This document shows, piece by piece, positions 53,285-64,000 of a stretch of 64,000 bases of DNA. The stretch's first letter is position 1; every line of letters begins with the position of its first letter. Origin of the DNA: Rhynchopus sp. YZ270_cl-10 (Eukaryota); the NCBI GenBank assembly GCA_964035575.1, contig OZ037836.1:682001-746000 (forward strand), written 5' to 3'. Below the pieces are notes generated by a model. It was not told the DNA's origin. It ran no database searches and saw only the letters and a list, made by a program, of their open reading frames with translations. Both the position numbers and the translations under genes were made by a program.

Positions 53285-53886
53285 GGGGGGGTCAAATGGG
53301 TGATACAAACCCACTTTTTTCAGTTTTTGATAAAAACGCATTTCTAAGTGAATCTGACCCGAAAATGTGACACATATCGTGTGGAAAACTGTTTGTCGGT
53401 CGGTTTTGACCCATTTTTCGGGCCCAGGAGGTGCTAAAACGTGAAAATTGAAAAATTGCCCATGATTGGTACCCCACGTTAAGTCGTTAAGGATTTCCTT
53501 AACGATTTCCTTAACGATTTTCCAATTTTTGACTATTTTTGCATATTTTCACACGGAACTGCCCAAAATTAGAGAGTTTTGCCCCGAAAACAGGGTATCG
53601 TCAATTTTTGAGCAAAAAAATCGCAAAAGAAATGAAAAAAATCGGAATTTAACTCCTTAAGGAATTGGTGGGGCTGGTACCAATAATGGGTAAATTTTTT
53701 TTTTTTTTGGAATTTCACCATTCGGGGTGCATGTGATCCCCCTCTGGCGTGAAAACCACCCCCCACGATGTTTTTGAGAGGTTCTTGGTCAAAATTTCTA
53801 CTCAATCATCCAAAATAATGCGTTTTTATCAAAAACTCGAAAAAATGACGTTTGTATCGTTTTTTTTAAGTGCATTTGACCCCCCC
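53285..53886. mobile_element. TIR element with G7TCAAATG termini, TA flanks
   Basis: TA|GGGGGGGTCAAATG...CATTTGACCCCCCC|TA. Confidence 0.72.
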
Positions 53887-53888
53887 TA

Positions 53889-54707
53889 GGCATACTGTGC
53901 GGGCGAGTAAAAAAAACTCGCCTACTCGCCAAAAACTCGCCTAAAACTCGCCTATTTTTGGGGGGCGAGTTTTGGCGAGTTTTTTTTTTTTGGTAGGGAT
54001 TTTACCTTGGGAAAAGTGTACACACGAAAATATGAGGGAAATTTGAGTTTTGAAGAGAAAATTTTTTTCGTTCCACTTGAACAAGACCTCTACAGTTTGC
54101 TTTGTAGGCTTCCACAACCAGTACCACCAGTCCAGCTGTAGCTTCTGCGGATCCATGAAGCTTGCACAGATGGGTGCGATGTAGTCGTGGGGGTGGCCTG
54201 CAGGGTTGCCATTTACCGGCATGGCGAGGACATTGTTGTATAGCGAGTGTAGCCCCGGCTCATGTCTTCGTCATCCTCCGGATTGTAGCACGTCTTGTCC
54301 CCCGGGATCTATGGCACGCTTGGATCTTCCCCTGGAGCAAATGTTTACATACATGCCTGTCAGCCACTGCCGTGACATGGTTGCCTTTAGACGTACAAGT
54401 GACACAATTTCAATTTTTTTGTGTGTTTTCGAGTGGCATGTTGTCATCAGTCACCCCCGCCCTCCATTTTCACATCCTGGTGCACATTTTCACCCCCAAG
54501 GTGCGTATGTGCACCAGGATTTGCACCCAAATTGGGGCGAGTTTAGGCGAGTTTAGGCGAGTTTTTGGCGAGTTTAGGCGAGTTTTGGCGAGTTTTTGGC
54601 GAGTTTTGGCGAGTAATGGGCGAGTAGGGCGAGTTTTTGGCGAGTTTTTCCTGAAAATCAGGAAAACGAAAAACTCGCCTAAAAACGGCTCGCCTGCACA
54701 GTATGCC
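53889..54707. mobile_element. TIR element, GGCATACTGTGC termini, GGCGAGTT subterminal arrays, TA flanks
   Basis: TA|GGCATACTGTGCGGGCGAG...CTCGCCTGCACAGTATGCC|TA; related to 51173-52078. Confidence 0.8.
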
Positions 54708-55293
54708 TAGGGGGGGGGGGGGGGGGTACCACCCACCCCCCAAGGCCAACATCGGCCGAAAAATTACCCAGAGGCCTGATACCCCCCCTTCTTTATTTAT
54801 TCGTTGTTTGTTGTTTGTTGATCGCATCCATCCTTTACGGGTTTGCGGGTTTGCGGAAAACCCACGTCCTGAAGTACGGGGGAGAGGTGGAGCACAAAAG
54901 GGGGGAAGGGGAAACGGTAAGACTCATGGCAACCGAAGAAAGCATCTTTCATTTCCAGACGTATTGCATACTCGTACAAAAGTGATTTTTTTTTTTTATA
55001 TAAATTTTTTGTTGTTGTTGAACGAAATTTGTCAAAAGGCCTCTGTGTGGCGCAACTGATCATGAATCAAAAATGAAATACCCCCCCTTCTTTATTCGTT
55101 GTTTGTTGTTTGTTGATCGCATCCATCCCAACGTTGTTTTTGTTCTCGGGTGTTCAAATCACCTATCTCTTCAGGGACAGGGCTAAATAAAGGGTGGAAC
55201 TAGGATTCGGTCTCACTAACCGGATTTTGCCCCTAAAACCCGGTCCATGAATGCATAGTATGCCATGTGTTTTTTGTTTTTGTTTTCAATTTC

Positions 55294-55820
55294 CATGGTA
55301 TACAGAAGAGCTTAACTAAGAAGTAGGGGATTTTCCCAAAACCCCCCATCGTCTTATCTTAGGAAATGCTTTATGTTTTATGGAAGATCTTAATGAAAAA
55401 ACCACCTTAAAAACTAAGATCGTGAGATGGTGAAAACTCACCCCCTGAACAATTTTCATATTTTAAAAACTCGCCTCTTTGGTGCAATGTTGTTCAACTC
55501 GAAACTAGCTTTATTTGAAAGATCGGGAATCTGATCCAGAAAATATATTTTGGCCCGGCTTGCGGACTTGGCTCGCGAACCTTGATTCGCAATAGCCAAG
55601 TTGGCCAAAAGTCCCAAAAGTCCCAACTCTTGTACGGTCCAGCCCCTGTACAATGACGGTATATTTCGTTGGTTGGTACCTTCTCTCCATGCAGTAAGGC
55701 ATTGTCTACTAGGGCTTTTTCATTGTTTTGCGAACCTTTCGCTCGCGAAACCCACACAAAAACCAAAATCTTAAAGAACACGGTTTTCTTCCATATCTGC
55801 TAGATCTTCTGCATACCATG
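55294..55820. mobile_element. MITE of the CATGGTATACAGAAGA family
   Basis: Left end matches 25541 over ~75 bp; right end tcttctgcataccatg. Confidence 0.65.
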
Positions 55821-56343
55821 AAAACATTGCATATTCTCTGAAATTCTCTGTTTTGAAAAAAGAAAGAAGAGTCGTTGAAATGTGCTGAAAGCAAGAGGCA
55901 GTACCAGTGGCGCGGCTACCGATAATTACCGCGTAGTCAGCGTCACGCCTTCCCCGGTAGGTTCCAGTGAAAAGAGAAAAAAAAAGGAAAGAAAGAGTCC
56001 TTCTTATGTGCTAAAACACGGTCTCAGTCTTCGAAGAAATGTCTATTTTTTTTTCACCGGTAAATAATACATTCTATTATACTCCTTTTTCCCAAATGCG
56101 GAAAAGATTTTACTTTTTTATTTTGTCCCAGTAAAAGCAAGGAAACCATTGCACATTTTGGGATTGTTTTTAATGAAAAAATCTTGAGAGCGGGCATCGA
56201 AGAAAATAATGTGTGCACGCTATCCTAAACAAACAATAAGAAAGAAGAACAAAACAAACAAAACAAAAAAAAAAGAATAGTTATTGCTGCAGGCACCTCC
56301 GATTGACCAACCATCCGGATGAAAGCACAACAAAAATCAAAAC

Positions 56344-58230
56344 TGAGGTGATCCAGCGCACACTTTTCCACACCGTGAAAACGTGTGAAACCAAGGTGAA
56401 AATGTGTGAAACCAAGTGAAAACATGTGAAACCATGTGGGGGTGGCATCAAAACAAAAAACGCGGACAATGTCCGCGTTTTTGGGGGGGGAGGGGGGCGG
56501 GGCTGCAAGTATACGTATTATACGTATAATACGTTCCAACGTATATATACGTTCGGCTGGGGGAGGAAAAAGCTAAATATACGTTACCTATACGTTGCCC
56601 TTTGTTGTACTGTACCAGTCCCCTATGCGACGGGGGTTATCCCGGAATAAGCGCACTTCGAGAACGGCATCTCCAAGTGCCCGGGTCTCACCCTCTCCAC
56701 AAAAACGGAAGAGGAACACACACAGTGGCTTGAGGAGTTGGGGAGCAGCAGTGCACCGGCAGCAGAAGAAGGCGAAGACCTCCGCAAAGGGGGCAAAAGA
56801 GGTTGTCACCGGGCCTCTTGACGCTCATGTGCAGAGAACAATGATGGGTGCCCGCGTGATTGCCTCATGGTTGTTCTACACAGGACAACCCTGGACACCT
56901 CCTCTTCTGAGAGGATTCAGGAGATGATCGACACCGTGCGTCGGTTGCCGCCGCAGGCGGAGTACAAGGTGCCCCGACGGGACAAAGTCTCGGGGGGTTT
57001 GCTCGATGATGAGCACCACCGCTTTTTTGCTGTAGGAAATGGGTGCAACGTATAGATAGCGTATAACGTATATTTGAACGTATATATACGTAGCGTATAT
57101 ATACGTTCAAAAAGTGCCCGAGGTACGTATATATACAGCCCCGGGAGGGGGGGGGTCTGAAATTCCAGAAAACGCGGACATTTTGGGGTTTTTTTTTCCT
57201 CGAAAATTTTTTTCTTCACTGGGGTCGTACACGATTTTGACCAAAATTTATAAAAACTCGTCCATTTCGGCAAATTGACCCCACCACAGAACCGGCGGAT
57301 TCAGGAAATGCAAATGCCGGTGTTTTCGGGCAAAATAAAAAATACAAGATGCCCGCGTTTTTTTTGCAAAATGTACACGAATGGGGGGCCCTTAAACCCC
57401 TGCTACCATGTGCTTCTACAGGCAAACATTTGGACCCCTTTACCTTACACTGACGGGTTTTGACCAAAATCAAGAACTTGTCCATTTTGGCAAATTGACC
57501 CCACCACAGAACGGACGGATTCCGGAAATGCAAATGCCGGTGTTTTTGCACATTTTCATGGTTTCAGCATCAGAGAGAGAAAATCTGGGTTGTGGGATTT
57601 ACCTTGGCCCCTTTACCTTACACTCATTTTGACCAAAACCAAGAACTTGGCCATTTCGGCAAATTGACCCCACCACAGCGCGGACAGATTCCGGAAATGC
57701 CAATCGCGGCATATTTTGGGGCTGAAAAATTTTCACCTGAAAATTTTTTTCAGCAGCATTTTTTGGCCGAAAATGGGCCCCACGTATTAGTGACCGGGCT
57801 CATATTTTCAAAAATTTAAGTGGTCAAAAAATTGTCCAATTTTCGAGATTGACCCCACCACTTTCTGGACGGATTCCGGAAATGCCAAAAAACTGTGTTT
57901 TGGGTCACGAATTTGCACCCCGTCACCCAAAAACCAGCAAAAAATAGGGGAAAAAAAAACAAAAAATGTCCGCGTTTTGGGGGGGGGAGGGGGGGGTCTG
58001 AAATTCCCCAAAAACGCGGACATTGTCCGCGTTTTTTGTTTTGATGCCACCCCGTGAAAACACCAAGTTTTTTTTCTGGAGGAATCCACTCAGAGTGCGT
58101 GAAGCAGTTTTTTTTTCACTTTCGTACACACTTTTCACACTGTGAAACCATGTGAAAATGTGTGAAACCAAGTGAAAATGTGTGAAACCATGTGAAAATG
58201 TGTGAAAAAGCGTGAGACTGGATCACCTCA
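56344..58230. mobile_element. TIR-bounded composite element with GTGAAA subterminal repeats and internal ~170-220-bp degenerate tandem repeats
   Basis: TGAGGTGATCCAG...CTGGATCACCTCA; inner inverted block ggtggcatcaaaacaaaaaacgcggacaatgtccgcg; four attgaccccaccac units at 57230-57880. No clear TSD. Confidence 0.6.
56498..57143 (+). mobile_element. hAT deletion derivative with a frameshifted transposase remnant
   Basis: CGGGGCTG...CAGCCCCG TIR, ggagggggg on both flanks, TATACG subterminal repeats. Remnant IASWLFYTGQPW...QEMIDTVRRLPPQAEYKVPRRDKVSGGLLDDE resembles the hAT N-terminal region. Empty site at ~57965-58025. Confidence 0.75.
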
Positions 58231-58448
58231 AAAACAAAAAAAAAAAAAAACTGATCTCAGGATGGCACCGACCACGTGCACGCAACGGTACACCAATTAA
58301 GCTTGTTCCTCCGAATGTACGAGGAGGGGTACAGGGAAATAGAAACTTAACACTTATCTGGTGCTATAGGAAATGAGTCAACGACCTGTCAGCGACCTGT
58401 CAATATCGGGGGGGGAGGGTCATTTTTTGATAGTACTTTGCCATTTTT

Positions 58449-58581
58449 TCAGGTACACAGGTACACAGGTACACAGGTACACAGGTACACAGGTACACAG
58501 GTACACAGGTACACAGGTACACAGGTACACAGGTACACAGGTACACAGGTACACAGGTACACAGGTACACAGGTACACAGG
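58449..58581. repeat. (ACAGGTAC)n octamer microsatellite inside a small IR-bounded unit
   Basis: About 16 units between gggtcatttttt and aaaaaatgaccc. Confidence 0.93.
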
Positions 58582-59871
58582 CCACCAAAAAATCGCTAAG
58601 GGCCGTTAAAAAATGACCCCCCCCCTATGGCAACGACCTGTCAGCGACCTGTCAATATCGGCCCCCCCTGGAGCACCATTATCACTCAAAAAAAACAATC
58701 CCCAGTGAGAGGTTGTAGGGTGAAACGCACACACTTCGACCTGTTTGGTGAGGCGTGGCTCTGCAGCGCGCGGTTCGTCCCCAGAACCACAACAGTGTGT
58801 TCAAAATGCTTTGTTTCTATTTCCTCCTTCATTTCATGGGGCAAAAAATAACCCCCTTTTATTTTTTTCTGTACACCACAAACTTATTTCGGACACTTTT
58901 GAGGTAAAAAAAAGGCTTAACTAGCGTTCACCGTATTATGAACGCGGTCGGTAAGAAAAGAAGAAAAAAAAAAATATTGAAATACAAAAAAAAAAAAATC
59001 GTGACAGTGTACCTAAAGGTTCGCAACCCAGAACAACGGGAGAGGGGGTGGACCTGCAACCATGGTTTTTTTTGCCCTACATCCATTTCGTGGGTTCCAT
59101 TCTATGACACTCTTGTGACCTCCTTCCCGCTTTCGCTCATCTTTCAGATGAACGCGATCTTTGGAGCCAGAGCAATTAGGCGTGATGTAGGTTCAGTTGG
59201 GGTCTTCTTCCCCATGCTGAGTGGGAAAGGCATCAGTGGTAATCCCTGAGCCAGAAAAAAGGAAAATATATTGGTTGGGTTATTGACAGGAAAGTGTCCC
59301 TGCCACTGCTTTGTTTGAAAGGAGAGGAAAGGACGGTAAGGAAAAAATGATTAAGATATTATTTTCAATCGAAAGATGGAGTTTTTGTCCACCAGCGTCT
59401 CCTCTTTTTTTGTCTTTATTTGAAAACTTGGTTGTTTTAGTGTAGACACCCGAAGATGAACTCCACTATTTATTTATTTTTTTTGTTTTTTTTTTGCAAC
59501 TGAACAAACAGGGGATGAAAGGACGTGAGGGGAAAAAAAAAAAGAGAAAAAAATTGCTCGCGAGAGCCTAGGGTAAAGAGGGCACACACCTTTGAAAGAG
59601 GGTCTTCAGAAAAAGGGGGTGTCTAAAATCTGTCCCAATTTCCAGTGCTCTCAAGATCCTCCACGTAGGGGAGGATATTTCCTCCAGGGGCTTTTTTTTT
59701 TTTTTTTTCAGGCTTTTTTGGTGGAGGATTTCCTCCATTTTTTTTTTTTTTTTTGGCGGGCTCGGGTGGAGGATTATCCTCCTAGGGGTTTTATAGTGGG
59801 GAGTCACTTTGTCTCCCCCGAGGGAGCCAATATTTTCCCGAGCCTGTATGCACCGTACAGGGCTGCACCTT

Positions 59872-60192
59872 AAAATCTTAACGTACACTCTCTGTTGATT
59901 CTAAAACGGGGGAGGGTAAAAAAGCGCGAAAGGTAAATTGGGGAAGAGGTTGAAAAGTTGGAACGCTTCCTCACCCCAGATCACATTTTTTTTTTTTGAA
60001 AAAATAAATAAAACTCCTCTCGAATTTGTTCAATGATTGAACTGAGAGAATGAAGAAACCCCAAACCCTCCCAGACCAAACGGTCTAACCTGTTGTATTG
60101 ACATAGTGTGGGGAGAATGAGGAGCACAAGAATCGTCTTCGCGCATACTAAAAGATTTCCTACGATATGTCACAAGTGTCATGTCACCGAAA
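59872..60192. repeat. Adjacent copies of repeat families B and C
   Basis: Matches 30896-31010 and 31084-31300. Confidence 0.85.
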
Positions 60193-61511
60193 AAAAAATT
60201 TGCCTGCGGCGCCATTTTCATTTTTTGCTACTCAAAAAAAGGGTTCGTTGAGTGATTCTGTGTAAAAGGAAGCATTTTTACACCGTACCCTAATTTTTTT
60301 TCGCCTGCGGCGCCATTTATATTAATTTTTTTGCTCCGCAAAAAAATAGAGTTGGCAATGTCTTTGGATACCCTTGCATTTTTCAGCCAAAAAATACAAC
60401 TTGACCAAAGCTGCAAAAATTTTGTCGTTTTTTTTTAAATAACCCGCCGTTGCATCAGCCCCTGCTTCTGGAAGACGTATTGGTTTTGTACGGTTCGTGG
60501 AGCGTATGGTGCAAGAGAAAGGATTAGGTTTCCGTTTTTTATTATCTCGCAAAATTGACCGCCTCTCCGCTCTGTGGCTGTCAGGGAGGCGCGCGCGAAG
60601 CGCGCGACGACCGCTTGTTGCGGGGGGGAAAATTGTTTTTTTTGGGGGTTTTTTTGCAAAAATAAAATCCTCCTCATTTCGAAAATTCTGCTTTTTTCGT
60701 GGAGGATCTTGAGAGCCCTGCCAATTTCCCCTTTTTTTTTTTTTTTTTCGCATTTTTTGAAAACTTGGAAAAATCACGTGTCGCAACAGAATATATCCAC
60801 GCCACGCCCACCCTCCGCCCAGCTTACTTCCATTTCGCGGTCTACGTTGAGATGTCCTACTCCCGCTACCGCTCGTCAGTCAACGAAACGGGTATAATTG
60901 GAACACAAGGGAGCAACTCCTTGTGCGAAGTAAGTGGGCTCGGGGGGGCATTTTTTTCTCCTTTTTTTCCACTACTTTGTACATTTATGGTAAAGTGGAA
61001 AAAAAGGGAAAAGGTAACAAAGGCAAAGAGAAAAAGGGGAAAAAGGGAAATATAGACACCCTCCAAATGGTCATTAAAAGAAGAACAAAATTGGGTGAAA
61101 AAGGGGTAGGGGTGGGAAGTTAGGTTATCTGTAGTAGTCCAAGAAAACTTGGCGTACAAAATGAGACATTGGGTGGGGGTTTTTTGGGGTAATGTAACTT
61201 TTTTTTTTGTGATAAATTGGTAAATTGACACCGCGTAGACACCTCGCAAATATCGCCAAAGAAGGTGTGACATGTGGCAGTAAAAACACCGAGGTGTGAA
61301 GCTGACTACTGGTGGTTTCATGTTGTCATGACTCTACTCGTACATCCTGCTTTGTTTTGTTCTGGACTTGAACCCTCCAGAGATTTCCCCAAATCTTACT
61401 TCCAGTATAAAGTGCGAGCAAATACAACCACTGCCTTCTAGCTTTTTCAGAGATTTTATTGTGCCCCTTCTCAAGTTGTTTGAGAGGGTACAACTGCCAC
61501 TACCTACATGC

Positions 61512-64000
61512 CTAGTGCGTGATGTGCACATGCTCAAAGATTTTGTTGGCCCAAGCATCGCGGAAGCGTTCGTACACTGGACCCTCGCCTGTAGCAAAGA
61601 GCTGCTTTGCGTCCTTAATCAGTTCTTCTCCCTGTGTGTGTGAGGGTTTGAGAAACAGGGTGTGGGTTACGCCTAGGTATATAGAGCATAGTGTGTGTGA
61701 GTTTGTGTTGGAGCATCAGAACGAGAGAGATGGCATATACTATGTGGTGGGATATGATGCGAAGCTTCAAAAGACACTTTGGGACAAAAAAGACAGTAGA
61801 GTTGAAAATACAAAGCGCTCTCGTGAACAGTGTACCTTTGGTACAAATGACGCCTACATCCATTTCGTGGTTTACATTCTGAAAATATGCGAATATGCGA
61901 AGGTCAGGCAACTCGTTCCTGACAATGCTCGGGGCATTCCGTGCGGGAGTGGTTGTACGTATAATTATAACGTTACCAGTGGTGCCTTGTCCCTCTGTAA
62001 TAATGCGTATTAGGGTTTATGAGTCCTGCCCTGCACTAGAGAGAGTCGTATGGGCGCAAATAGTAGCGTGCTGAGCATAACACAGAGGTTGCGCTTCACT
62101 GACCATGTCAGCAGGCTGGCTACATACCTCGAACTTGCCCTTGAAAATGAGGGTCGTGACGTTGTTCCACAGTGTCGTAGGGTCCTTGCTGGCAGCCTCC
62201 TCCAGCTGGTACATCCACTCGTCCATCTTCGACACATCGCGCAGCTCCAGCAGTTCAAACAAACACATCGGCTTCGGAAGCTTTTTGAACTTCGCCCCTT
62301 CCACCACCTTCAACACAAACGACGTCTCCACCTCTGCATACACTACATGGTCCGTAAGCACACCAAACTCACGCTCCCTGCAGTACCGCTCCAGCGCATA
62401 TGCCCACGAGATTGTAGGTGACAGGAACGAAAACCTGCGCATCACAGACGTGCCCATGTTCCCGACACGTCCCTCCCCAGTCACAACTGACGCTGTTATT
62501 TCCACGCTGATCCTGCCTGCCATCTCACGACACATCTCAGCAGCACTGCACGCATACACTCGGTGACTTGCAACGTGTGTCGCGGCGTTGAACGAACACG
62601 CGAACCTGTCACCTGTGAACGGCTCCGTCACACCCTTCTGCTTCGAGAACACATTAACAAAGGCCTCCAGCAGGTTCGAGTGCAGCTCCAGCACCTGTGA
62701 ATCCGACTTCTTCGCACATTGTCCGTGGAAGTCCTTGATGTTCACGACTGTGTAGGAGAAGCGTTTCGAGGCGATTGCACACGTGAACGGATGCACAGGA
62801 GCCTTCTCTTTGCGGGAAGACGCGCCGCACTTACGCGACAGAGAGGAGGCTTTCGAGCGGTGTGAAGTCGAGAGTGAGTCACTCATCTTGCTCTTTGATT
62901 CATCCTCTTCGTCGCTCAACTCACTCAGTTCACCAAGCTGCACAGACTGCGGCATAAAGCTCTTGTACAGCTCCAGGTTCACAAGCATGCGCCCAATAGC
63001 ACGGTTCATCGTGCGCAGCTCACTGATGACCGACGTCTCGTCAGGAACGGTGCTGATCTTCAGCACCGCTGCCTTGGCCATAAGCACCGCAGTGTCCTCA
63101 AACGGACGTGTCAGCACGTTGTTGAAGAGCATGAACACCACAACAGACGCCATCACCAGCGCCACCATCACAAGGATCGTTCTGTTCGCCTTCTGCCGCA
63201 GTGCCTTGTTCGTGTTCTTCTCAAGAACGTCCAGATCCTGCAGTGTCCGCATGTTCGTCGCGTCGATCTTCCGCAGAATGTCCTCACGTGGGATCATCGT
63301 CGCAACGGTAAAGGGCTCCATCTCTCGTGTGTCGGAGTTTGTGTCAAACGTCCGTGTCTGCACAAGGAAGGACTTGCTCACGGGGTTGCGCCTCACTTCG
63401 TCAGAAGCATGCAGGAAGTGTGGCGTGTCTGGGAAGTACCTCCGCACAAAGGTCAGGCTGTCGATGCGACCCTTGAAGAACTGTCCCACGTAGAACGGGT
63501 TCGAATGCTTGCGTGTCCTGCTTCCCAGCTCTTCCCTACCACGTGAGTCAGTGCCGTAAGCATGAAGTGTGCCGTTCACGTACAAGCTGCAACGTCCACC
63601 ACCCATCACAGCTGTCACCGTTGTCCACGCACCCACAGGGAAGCCACGTCTCCCAAAGGCATCCACGTAAGGTGCTGTGCTGCACCCATACTGCAGAACA
63701 AACAGATAGATCTGCCCGTTCCCAAACAGACGGAAGTTCGTCTCCCCCACAAGCGAGTCTGTGAACAGACGAGGTGTGGTTGCACTTGGTGATGCTTCGT
63801 CGTACAGCACATCAGGCCTGATGCGCATGCTCACCATGAACTCCGTGTAGCGTGTGAAGTCTGGATGCAACATGCAATTTAGCACGGAGGCTGTGCTGCT
63901 TGAGTTAACACGCGAGGCAACACAACGACGTCCGTCTGCATGCACAAGCTCCGCATCGAACCCGTCGTACTTGCTCTTCCACGGCTTCCCTGCTGCACTC
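61512..64000 (-). CDS. Receptor-type class III nucleotide cyclase-like protein (LamG-like ectodomain, TM, HAMP-like linker, degenerate cyclase); 5' partial; predicted exons >64000-62128 and 61631-61512
   Basis: Frame is open to the window edge. WTTVTAVM...SLYVNG...FYVGQFFKGRIDSL (LamG-like); TM ILVMVALVMASVVVFMLF; YKSFMPQSV; FTGDRF; GNMG. Donor GAG|GTATGT at 62127 and acceptor cacacaCAG at 61632 give an in-frame 40-codon last exon. Confidence 0.85.

Larger units (their letters stand above)
51083..54778. mobile_element. hAT-like non-autonomous element with 8-bp TSD, carrying four nested TA-flanked elements
   Basis: ATACCCCC|CAGGCCTC...GAGGCCTG|ATACCCCC; an empty paralogous site lies at ~55070-55128. 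Confidence 0.8.

Overview
Eukaryotic protist genomic DNA, most likely euglenozoan/diplonemid. That assignment is inference from the LSU rRNA fragment, ...ACAG acceptors, G-ending codon bias and the degenerate receptor-cyclase gene. The left 25 kb is one intronless 8024-aa secreted protein with an N-terminal His-Me-type nuclease-like module, a bacterial-style giant adhesin/RTX body and an inserted CUB domain. The rest holds two paralogous single-pass surface-protein genes (one with a nonsense codon), an eEF2 pseudogene fragment, a 25 x 54-bp hairpin minisatellite, an isolated LSU rRNA fragment, many nested TIR elements/MITEs, and the 3' part of a spliced receptor-type pseudo-cyclase gene. The main candidate for an undescribed system is a complete-looking 3973-bp DNA transposon (40803-44775). 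It has CACGGTG (RSS-heptamer-like) termini, ~510-550-bp TIRs and an apparent 2-bp TSD. It encodes a Transib/RAG1/CMC-type DDE transposase with three C-terminal C2H2 fingers, plus a second GNAT-like ORF whose acidic tail is part of the TIR. All family assignments come from reading motifs by eye; no searches were run.
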